Below are positions 1 to 9,842 of a stretch of 64,000 nt of DNA, in pieces. Positions within the stretch are counted from its first letter, which is position 1; every line of letters starts with the position of its first letter. The stretch comes from Macrostomum hystrix (Eukaryota > Animalia > Platyhelminthes). The notes beneath the pieces were generated by a model. It searched no databases. It saw nothing but the letters and a program-made list of their open reading frames with translations, and was not told where the DNA came from. A program made the position numbers and the translations under genes. The DNA lies in the NCBI GenBank assembly GCA_950097015.1, contig CATNEN010000037.1, forward strand, positions 1,364,001 through 1,428,000, in the 5' to 3' direction.

Positions 1-1126
1 TAATAAAATAATCGAATGATCATTGAACTCTTAAAGTGATGCGAATTGGACTGGCAGGGCCTTGCAATGCTGAGCCAATACTGTCCCGTGCCCATAAACT
101 AGCCTGAACCCTAAAAAAATTGTACTTTACCTTTCCAGTTCCGGCCCATTGTTAGGTAAACTGTCAGACACCCACCACCCCGCCTAATTTCTATAGCCTA
201 CTCTTGCCAAAAAAATATGACCCCCCAGCGGTTCTAAGCCTATTCAATTTCTTTCTAAATCACTTAGAGAACATCCTCCCCTGCTCTCTAAAGTGACAGT
301 GACAACTGCCCTTTATACCAAATTATGCTTCAGCCAAATAATAAATCAACAAGCCCAAGCCCATACGCCCACCCCAATCTAGTTCAAGCTTGAAATCTTC
401 GTAACTCAAAACTAGAAAACACTTCTCACCCCAATATCACCTACTTGCAGTAAGCTGGTAAGAAACTTGCCAAATGACCCAAAGGAATACCTGGATGGCT
501 TAGTGTCTAGTGCCGGGACTTGTTATTATTATTATTTTTTTTCCACTTTTTTGCCAAACTAAAGAGCAAGCACAACATGAGATAAACTGCTGCATATGTT
601 GGGTGCTGTGTGGATATTGTTTTTTGGTTGCTGTTGCAGCAACAGCTGCCTCTTTTAGTTTGTCCTGCCTGGACCCCTGGGCGCTGGTGTAGCAGCAGCT
701 ATTCTCCTCTCCAGGATTTCCCAGAGGTGATGTAGAACAGGCATTCTGGACCCCGGTTTTATCCTAATTGGATCAGGGCGCCTGTCTAGGGATTTCCGTT
801 AAGGAAAGAATGTTTATTGTTATTTATGCTGTGGTTGAATTATGAGAAGTAAGTCTGAGAAAGATCTTTGCTTAGTATATTTAAGTGTAGCTAGAATGAT
901 GGAGGGTACAGTAAGGGGTGTCTATGGGAGGAGCGAATGCTGAGAGAAGTACGAGCGTAAAATTAAAGTGATATTACACTGCGGTGTGGAATTCTATGGG
1001 AATCAGAATGCTAAGTGAGCTGGAGTGCAGCATTGCGGGAACAAACAAATGTAGAATAAATCTGGGTGAGCAACTGAAAATTAAGACATAAATTATAAAT
1101 ATTATGGAGAGATGTTTATCTCGACA

Positions 1127-1543
1127 AATACTTATTGATCACACCCAGTCTTTAAAGGCTCCAATGGATTGGAGGGTACCAAACAAGCACAACGTATGTA
1201 TTAGTTACTAACATAGAACACAAGTGAGTTTGAGTGAAAGAACTTATTGGTTTATAAAACGTTTATTATTGAACTTCCGACTTGCAGACCGTTGATTGTA
1301 GGTTGGTAAAAGCGCTTGTATTTATAGTATAAAAAGAGGTGGGTAGGCATAGTAAAACAAAGAATTTCTTTGGTGTATTAAAACAAAGCAAAAATTATAC
1401 GTGTTTTATAACTTTCTAAGAATGAGCATGAATACGGTAACAACGAAGAATTTATTCATGCGTAAAACAATATATTCTATTATGAAAGCATTGATATAGC
1501 GTAGATACAGTCTATTATAAAAGCATAGATATAGCCTATTATA
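1127..1543 (-). repeat. Partial 3' LTR (direct repeat of 9279-9685)
   Basis: Near-identical to 9279-9685: I counted 4 substitutions plus one 10-bp indel (tctttaaagg). It carries minus-strand TATAAATA followed by AATAAA. Confidence 0.75.
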
Positions 1544-1866
1544 ACTGGCTTCCCTAGAGGCATTTTTTGAATAAGTAAAATGAGTGAGAAAAATGACTTA
1601 AAATTACACTCTTCAGGGAATGGCAAATGACGCGGCCAGCCAACTAGGTTGGCGCCCCATCTCGACTCAATATTTAATAGAATTTTATTAAAGTCATAGG
1701 GATTACGTGTGATTACGTGCTTGGCGTAGCTTGAACACGTCGCCAAGCTGCAATGAGTGTTTCACGGCTTAATCGAGCCTGCACAATCCAGAATGCCGGC
1801 CGGACATTCTCGCGCTGCGGCGTCAGGCGGTCCAGGCGAGCATAGGCGACGTGCAGCAGGTGTTAC

Positions 1867-2814
1867 TTAATTATCTGGAATCTGGATCTGCCGTTTAAGA
1901 ACCACCTGCTGTGCCTTGGTCATCTGAGCCATGATGGCCGGGAAATTTCCTCCTGGGCCATCGCCTGGGGGCTGGTTGTCCTCGGCTCCGGCCTCCGGCA
2001 GCGGCTGATGCTGTGGCTGCGGCGGCGGCTGTTGCTGCGGCTGCGACTGTGGCTGTGGCTGTGGCAGCTGATTCTGCTGCTGTGGCTGCGACTGATGCGG
2101 CGGCTGATGCTGCGGCTGCGGCGGCTGCTGCGACGGTTGCTGCGGCGGCTGATGCGGCGGCTGTGGCAGCTGATTCTGCTGCTGTGGCTGCGGCTGATGC
2201 GGCGGCTGATGCTGCGGCTGCGGCGGCTGCTGCGGCGGCTGATGCTGCGGCTGCGGCGGCTGCTGTGACGGTTGCTGCGGCGGTTGCTGATTTGAGTGAC
2301 CTGCTGGTTTCGGTCCGGAATGCCGCTGCCTGTTCTTGAGTGTCTTGGCCGGTACAGCCGGTTGTTGTTGTTGCGGCTGTATTTCGTGCAGCGGCGGCTT
2401 AGGCATTATTGCACGGTAGCCAGTTTTCCGCCTGCGGCCAGGCTGCGACTTGTCCACCGGCAACACGATCGCTGAACGCGCTCCAGGCGGGTGGCGATTG
2501 GCTATTTCCGCCGAGGCAGGCACTTCCGCACCGCCCAATGTACGCACCAACGCCTCTCGTTCCACCGGAACCGGTATTTTAGATGCCGGGTGATTCCGCT
2601 TGCTAGGACCAGGCTCGCTGATTTGCGGTGCGCCCGGTCGCTTGCATACCACTCTTGGCAATTGCGGAGCTGTGGGCTGCCGTACCGGTATTTCGTATAG
2701 CTCTTCTTCGCCTGGCACTTCGGCCTCCATAGTTACAACCTCCACAGGGCTAGTGCTCGCTGTTATTGCTTCTAGCATACGGTCAAATTCTTCCGTGTCC
2801 AAAACGTCTTCCAT
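1867..2814 (-). CDS. Extra retroelement ORF downstream of pol, Gln/Pro-rich, unknown function
   Basis: 315-aa ATG-initiated ORF with an acidic N-terminus, a basic RRRK motif and a (QPP/HQP)n tract. It lies between the pol stop (3214) and the left LTR, on the element strand. Confidence 0.6.
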   Translation of the reverse strand: MEDVLDTEEFDRMLEAITASTSPVEVVTMEAEVPGEEELYEIPVRQPTAPQLPRVVCKRPGAPQISEPGPSKRNHPASKIPVPVEREALVRTLGGAEVPASAEIANRHPPGARSAIVLPVDKSQPGRRRKTGYRAIMPKPPLHEIQPQQQQPAVPAKTLKNRQRHSGPKPAGHSNQQPPQQPSQQPPQPQHQPPQQPPQPQHQPPHQPQPQQQNQLPQPPHQPPQQPSQQPPQPQHQPPHQSQPQQQNQLPQPQPQSQPQQQPPPQPQHQPLPEAGAEDNQPPGDGPGGNFPAIMAQMTKAQQVVLKRQIQIPDN

Positions 2815-3213
2815 TATATTTTCAGTACGAATGTTATATCTAACTCAGAACGAGGTGATATGCTCCTCTCTCCCGTCCAGGTGGTCTCCCTTGTATAGGC
2901 GCGAAAATGGGGTAAACCTGCCCCTTTATTGGCTGCACTGATTTTCCCGCGCTGTCCAATGACTTCTCGGCTCCCGAACCCCTACTAAAACAATTCCTAT
3001 TGGTTAGCCGAGATTTCCCTTGTTTTGTTCCCTAGCCATTGTTCGATTCTTCGCACCTTTTGACTTGGTGTTTAGTATTGAATACTTCGGGTGTGTCATA
3101 AGTAATGTCACTGAGGGTAAAACAGACCAAAATTGCTGGCAAAATAGCTCGCAGTTTTTACCAAATTGGTTGCTGCTAGCGGCGGCTGTCTATGGAAAAT
3201 TGCTGCGGCTGCG

Positions 3214-6200
3214 TCAGGCTGAGCCGTGGCCAAATTGGTTGCAGTTTTTATCAAATAGAACGTAAAAAGGTATATTACTAAGCCACGCAATCGCTGTGGA
3301 CAGACGCTTCAAATAATCCCTAAACCTGGCTGGAGGATTAACACTTCTCCTTGTGTTGTACGGGCGCGAAACCATTTCGTCACCTTCGCCATTCTGGCTT
3401 TGCTCTTCCTCTGAGGTGTTAATATCCTCGCTTTCATTCTCGCTCTCGCTTTCACTCCCTTCTTCGGTGTTTTCATTGTCAGACTGATTGTTTATATCGT
3501 CTATTTCGACTTCAGCTCCAATATCCAGTAAACTTCCTCTCAATTCATTGTCTTCGCTTCTATTTTCGCAATGCCACATCAGTCTTTCTTCGTCTTCAGA
3601 CTCGGAATCTGATGGATTTGTTTGGTTTTCTTCGAATTGTTTACTCCGATTCCTCGGGTGGCTTCCCTTAATGCTTAGTCCTGTCTTTCTAGGCTGAGTT
3701 TTCTTATTTGTTGTCTTTTCCTTCTCGATCACGGCGCTGGGGTGGCTTCCCTTAACTATTGCTTCCTTGATCGAGTTGGGCACTGTAGTTAAATTGTCTC
3801 TATGCGCTATCATGATGTTCCCTACTAACTCTCCTTCTTCTTCCTTTTGAACCTTGAACACTACATCAGAGATCCGTTCAAGTACTCTGAATGCAGACCG
3901 CTTTTTCCGATGGAACTTGTGCGACTCCTCGCTATCAAGTTGTGGATTATTTATTAGAACTAAGCTGCCAATCGGCACTTCCTTAGGTAATTTAGTTGTC
4001 TTAGCAACCTCTTCTCTCTGATCGACTACCTTTTCTAACTTCTTCTTAACGATTTCGGCGGCTATTTTTAGTCTCTCAGCATGATCGGCCACATATGATG
4101 GATAATTAGCATAAGCTTTTGGATTCTATATCTGACTGTCGATCGGCAATACAGCCTCTCTTCCGAACAGTAGATAGTGTGGACTATAACCTGTCGTTTT
4201 ATTCACACTTGTGCGTACCGCAACTAGAGCTGCTGGGATCATTAGGTCCCAATCATTATGATCCTTTTCAATAAGACAGGTAATGATGGACTTCACCTGC
4301 TTATTGAAGCGCTCTACCAGCCCGTTGCTTTGAGCATGGTAAGGAGTAGTACACGTGTGTTTGACATTACAAAGGTCGCAAAAAGCCTTGAATTGCCTAC
4401 TAGTGAAGGTTTTGCCATTGTCAGTATGAATCCAATGGCATTGGCCATACTCTGAGAATACCCTCTCTGTAGCAGTTAAATTACTGTATCTGATTTCTGA
4501 TTCCGAACAGGAAATGCAAATGGATATTTAGTGGTGCTGTCAACCACAGTTAACACATATTTGTGCCCTCTCCTGCTCTCCTTAGATACCGGGCCGATTA
4601 AATAGATGTGTAAGCGATGGAATGGCTCACAAATGGGAAATGATTGCACAGGGGCTTGGATATAATTGCCCTTTTTACTTTCTAGACACGGAATGCACTT
4701 AGCGATCATTCCTTCAATAGCTGTGACCAATCCAGGTCTCCAAAATCGCTTCTTTACTCGCTGAAGTGTTTTGTCCCGTCCCAAGTGTCCTGCTAGTGGG
4801 CTCTCATGCAGATCGCTAAAGACTAGCATGTCCACGGGCCGGGGCAAAACAACCTTCAATTCTCCTTCTTCTTTAATCATTAGTAATCCTCTTTCAATAA
4901 AAATTGCCTCAAATGCTTTGCTCATTTGCCTCAGCTCAGAGCTCATGTCATTTGTCAATGGGGGTTTGTCTAAGCCTTTGTGCTTCCATTCGATTAAGGT
5001 GCGAATCGCTGGGTCTGCACGCTGGGCATCTAAAATCTGTTCGCGCTTTATAGGGGAAGGCAGATAATCTGTTAATAGCTTGTCACATTTATGCTCTCCT
5101 AATTCTTGCGTTTCAATCTGCGGCTTAGGACAAAATTCCTCGGCATCGGGACTCAATTGCAACATGCTAGAGTCAGTGGCGAGATTGCCTTGGATTAATT
5201 CCTCCTCTCCTCCTGAGATCAGTGACTCGATCCTGCAAATGGGATCTATTGTCGGGATCTCTCCCACACAAGGATCAGTTGGCGACTGGGTCAGGCAAAT
5301 AGCACTGTCCTGGGTCATTGCCTCCTGTTTACTCTCTGCACAAACGCGGCTCTCTGCCTCCTCTGCACTCTCTTCTTCTCCCTTCTTTTCTTCCTCTGCC
5401 AATTCAGCGGGCCTCCTTGACAAACTGTCAGCATTCTGGTGGGAAGTACCTTTCCGGTGCTCAATGTCAAATTGAAATTCATTTAATCTTTCAATCCATC
5501 TACCTAGAATGCCTTGCGCTTCTGTCTGTCTTAATAGCCAAATAATTGCTTTATGATCTGTTCTAGCTAGAAATCGCTTCCCTAATAAATAAAATCTAAA
5601 GTGCTTCATAGAGTCGACTAAAGCTAGTAATTCTTTCCTAGTGATTGGGTATCTTTTCTCAGATTCTTTCATTGCCCGACTAAAATATGCAATTGGCCTC
5701 TCCACGCCATCAGATTGGATTTGGCCCAAGCAGGCGCCAATTCTACCATCACTGGCATCGGTGTCGAGGACCATTCGCACATTCTCATCGTCAACGAATT
5801 CTGGATAAGCTAATACTTCGGTAGACATCATCCGAGTTTTTAATGACTCAAATGCTTCGTCGTGCACTGCACTCCATTTTTCTTGGAAGTTTTGGATATT
5901 CTTCCGTGTAAGTTGAAACAATCGGTGGGCGACTTCGGCATAATTTTTCACAAATCGGCTATAGTAGTTGCACAGACCTAGGAAACTTCTTAGTTCCTTT
6001 ACGTCTTTCGGCTTCGGCCAAGTCTTGATTGCCTCAATCTTAGACTCGTCAGTACGAATTCCTCCAGTGCTAATCACATGACCTAGATATTTTAGTTCTT
6101 GGTGAAAGATTGCACTTTTTCGGTCTCAGCTTAAGTCCTGCTGTAATTAACCGTTGGAAAACTTCCTTTAAATGTGCCAGATGTTCGGCAAAAGTTTTCG

Positions 6201-8109
6201 AGTAAGTGACAATATCGTCAATATAGGACATCGCAAATTTATGCTGTATGCCCAGCAATACTAAATTCATTATTCGCTGAAAAGTGCCCGGAGCATTAGA
6301 AAGACCTTGGGCCATAACTTCATACTCGAATTGGCCCCTAGTTAAGGTAGAAAATGCGGTCATAAATTTGTGCTCTTCTTTTATAGGCACTTGCCAATAT
6401 CCGGAATTTAAGTCTAGACTGCTAAAATATTGGCTACCTCATAGATAAGAAAAAGTCTGATGAATATTACGCAACGGATACGGCACATAATTAACTCGCG
6501 AATTTAGCACTCTAAAATCGCTGACTATTCTAATTGTTCCATCCTTCTTAGGTACTATTACTAAAGGTGTTGAATAGGTAGAATAGCACGGGCGAATTAG
6601 ATTTTTGGCTAGCATATTGTCAAGCTGAGCATCCACTTGCTTTTGAAGGTGTGGTGGAATTCTTCTCGTGGGAATTCTCACTGGAGTCTCATCCTTCAGG
6701 GATATTTCGTGGGTGACCAGATGAGTCAATCCCATGTCAAGCTCATGCTGAGAAAATGCCTCTCTGTGCTCCTTCATTAGATCAATTACAGATTTCTTCT
6801 GCTCTTCAGACAGATTCGGTCCAAGACTGACCTCTTCTATCCAAGCATCTTTAACAGTCTGAGTCTGATTCACTTTCACTGTGGGCTCGGATTCATCCTG
6901 CTTAGAACTTTCGAAGTAGTCCAACTCCCTAGCTTTCATAGGCTTGGCTACACCAATTAAGGCGGACTTTGCCAGTTTCACATCAACTGGATGCCGATTC
7001 ACGATTTCGACAACGGCAGAGCCTTCACGCATAGTAACAATAGTGGGGACCATTTCTAAAGTCCACTCTTTGGCTCTTACGCCTTCTCCAACTACTTCGA
7101 TAGTCATCGGTGTACCATAATTACATTCTGAGCCTTTGGCTAGCCGCACAGGAATTCTTAATGCACTGTTAGCTGGAATAACAGTTCTCTCCTGAGTGTA
7201 CACACGGCAAACTTTCACTGGGAGATGCGTAAACTGCATTGGGATACACGATCCTTCATGGAGTACTAACATGCCGTTGGCAATGTTAATGCTCTCACAG
7301 TATCCAAGGAAAAACTCCATTCCAAGCATATTATCACATTCATGACTACATAACAAGAAATCGATTTCTACCTGGATTTCGCCAAATTTCACAAAAATGC
7401 AGCATTCTCCTTCTAGTTGTACTCGTGTGCCATCAAAGGTGGAGACTCTTTTATTAGTGCTTTTGATCTGGTCAGACTTAATCAGCTTTGTCCACACGGA
7501 CTTACTCAGGAAGCTGTTTCTTGCTCCCGTGTCAAGGATAAAATTCACATCGGTCTTTTTGATGCTTCCTACTACTACTGCTTCGTAACCTTCGGGTTGC
7601 ACTAATTCTAGTTTAACATTAGAGCAAGTTTTAAAAATGTTCTCACGTGTCCTTTGATTTTTCTTCGCAGGCCTTCCGACAAGAGTCTTCGGCTCTAGTT
7701 CCTCTGCTGAATCTTCTTCGGTTGCTTCGTCGATTGCTGACTCTTCGGACACTGAGACTGCTGATGACCTGGGTGCTGGCATGCTGAGTGATGACGCAAT
7801 AGGTGCTGATACTCGGGGTGCTGACGCATTGGGTGCTGATAGTCGAGGTGCTGACGCAATAGGTGCTGATACTCGGGGTGCTGACGCATTGGGTGCTGAT
7901 AGTCGAGGTGCTGACGCAATAGGTGCTGATACTCGAGGTGCTGACGCATTAGGTGCTGGTGCTGACGCAATATGTGCATAACGCCTTCCTCTTTGGTAAA
8001 AACACTGGGACTTCACGGGATATCGAGATTTCTGGGAGGCCTGGGTTTCGAACTGGGTTTCACAAGAGGGGCGTGGCCTCGACTGTCGTCCCTCGGCATT
8101 CAGTTTCCC
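3214..8109 (-). pseudogene. pol: Gypsy pol (PR-RT-RNase H-IN), disrupted
   Basis: The pieces 6439-8196, 6070-6390, 4476-6077, about 4130-4470 (IN core ERVFSEYG...TDNG...VERFN, absent from the ORF track) and 3214-4092 (IN C-terminus, PARFRDY) join up. There is a TGA at 6439, frameshifts near 6110, 4475 and 4110, and the first IN catalytic Asp reads Tyr (HIYLIGP). Confidence 0.93.
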
Positions 8110-8955
8110 TGATGGGAATTCTGAGGTGCGAACTGCTTCAGCGGATACTGCCTTGAATTCTGACAGTTCTTCGCGATATGGCCTATTTTTCGGCAATTAT
8201 AGCAAGTCGGCGGAGGCCTTGACTGCTGATATGGCTGCTGGAACCTCACCTGCTGCTTCATGAGCGGCTGGGGTTGTCTGTTCTGGCTTTCTGCCTTACT
8301 TTTCGATTAGATCTTCGAGATTTGTCTGCTGTTCATCGCCTAGTTCACCCTTCATCACTCTCAAGCCGTTCTTATGAGACATGTGCCAGGCGGCTTCTAT
8401 CCTCCTCAGCATACGTCTGGCTTCTTGCAAACTGGCGGGTTGTGCGAAAATCAGTTTCTCTCGGGTGTCAGCAGGGACTCTGGCACCTTTGATAAACTGT
8501 TCCACGACTTCCTCCTCACGCTGTTCAGCATTCATGTTAGGGAAGGCGCGGGATGCTAGTTCAATGAGGGCATCCGCGAATGAGTCAGTCGCTTCATTCC
8601 GTCCTTGTAATCGTCCACGAAATTCTTCTCTGAATTCCGACGAACTGCCCAATCGGCCAAATCTTTCCACCAACCTCTCCTTAAACTCGTCATAGGTCAA
8701 TTCTTCAGGTAAGTTCAATCGTTGGACTGCTGGAAACGCAGTAGCCAAGTCCAGATTAGCCAATAGTTCACTCTTTCTGTGTTCCTCTTGTTCGATCCCT
8801 TCGGTGTCACACCTTTGATCGAAGGCTGTCAGCCAAATCCGAATGTCCTGACTCGGTGTATATTTTTGAATTTTCACATGCCTCATCGGGCCTAATTCCA
8901 AGCGATTCCTCAACTCTTCTGCTAGTAGCCCAATGGCATCATTGATTCCTGCCAT
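8100..8955 (-). pseudogene. gag: Gypsy gag with CCHC zinc knuckle, frameshifted near 8300
   Basis: The 8296-8955 ORF is retrotransposon gag-like (FREEFRGRLQ...SFADALIELASRAFP). In another frame, 8163-8204 encodes CYNCRKIGHIAKNC and ends ...QGN* at 8100. Confidence 0.9.
8103..8109 (-). promoter_or_regulatory. -1 ribosomal frameshift slippery heptamer G GGA AAC
   Basis: XXXYYYZ heptamer at the gag end (CAG GGA AAC TGA). The -1 frame is the pol frame (SGKLNAE). A GC hairpin (8066-8094) follows. Confidence 0.85.
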
Positions 8956-8991
8956 AACGGTTTATTTTAGTTGTGCCTGACTGGATTTCCA

Positions 8992-9009
8992 ATCCCACCG
9001 CTGCCACCA
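8992..9009 (-). promoter_or_regulatory. Primer-binding site complementary to tRNA-Leu 3' end
   Basis: Minus strand reads CA-AT-TGGTGGCAGCGGTGGGAT. This is the 18-nt complement of ATCCCACCGCTGCCACCA, the eukaryotic tRNA-Leu(AAG/TAG) end as I recall it. Confidence 0.85.
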
Positions 9010-9011
9010 AT

Positions 9012-9685
9012 TGTTGTAGGGCTATTTACTAAAATCTCACAGCTGTCACCAGTTGTCGTAGAGCCCTTCTCTTTATTTTTATTCTTTGTAAATTACTTAT
9101 ATTTATCCACTGCAAAAATGCTTATTTAAATGTCAACTTTCGTTATGTTTTAAAAATTGCCCAATTTATAGGGAAGTATAATTAACACTTTAATATAAAT
9201 TCAATTACTGTGGTAGCAAATCATAAGTGCCCGAGCGGTAAGACACTCTTACTTTAACTGTATAGAATTACTCTTTTTAATACTTATTGATCACACCCAG
9301 CTCCAATGGATTGGAGGGTACCAAACAAGCACAACGTATGTATTAGTTACTAACATAGAACACAAGTGAGTTTGAGTGAAAGAACTTATTGGTTTATAAA
9401 ATGTTTATTATTGAACTTCCGACTTGCGGACCGTTGATTGTAGGTTGGTAAAAGCGCTCGTATTTATAGTATAAAAAGAGGTGGGTAGGCATAGTAAAAC
9501 AAAGAATTTCTTTGGTGTATTAAAACAAAGCAAAAATTATACGTGTTTTATAACTTTCTAAGAATGAGCATGAATACGGTAACAACGAAGAATTTATTCA
9601 TACGTAAAACAATATATTCTATTATGAAAGCATTGATATAGCGTAGATACAGTCTATTATAAAAGCATAGATATAGCCTATTATA
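9012..9685 (-). repeat. 5' LTR
   Basis: Ends in CA two bases before the PBS and has minus-strand TATA (about 9460) then AATAAA (about 9405). 9279-9685 is repeated at 1127-1543. There is no clear TG at the outer end. Confidence 0.75.
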
Positions 9686-9842
9686 TTTAGTTTTTTTTAT
9701 TTACAATATTATATTGTGTATTAAACTGCAATCTAAATAAAGCATTTCTCAAATACAAAGCTTATATATATCATCAACATCAACCATCACTGCCATTACA
9801 GACCTTGTCTTAAATTCAATTACACTTAAAAAAGTGTGAAAA

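Larger units (their letters stand above)
1127..9685 (-). mobile_element. Ty3/Gypsy LTR retrotransposon, decayed (gag-PR-RT-RH-IN plus extra 3' ORF)
   Basis: Domain order PR (FILDTGA), RT (YIDD), RNase H (LDTDASD...YSITRK-like YPITRKELLA), IN (HHCC, TDNG, VERFN) is Gypsy-type. It has a PBS at 8992-9009 and about 410-bp direct repeats at 1127-1543 and 9279-9685. The left boundary is uncertain. Confidence 0.95.

Noticed and set aside
1-1126. Coding potential left of the LTR (ORF 510-692 and minus-strand fragments)
   Set aside because: The frames are short and stop-ridden with no recognisable motif. I left the region unassigned.
2008-2339. Plus-strand Ala-rich and Leu/Arg-rich ORFs
   Set aside because: They are antisense shadows of the CAG/CCG-rich Q/P tract of the 1867-2814 ORF.
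1867-2814. env gene
   Set aside because: It has no signal peptide, furin site, fusion peptide or TM anchor.
6900-7250. dUTPase between protease and RT
   Set aside because: The beta-rich spacer (VIPANSALRIPV...VEIVN) lacks recognisable dUTPase motifs. It is the usual PR-RT linker of animal Gypsy elements.
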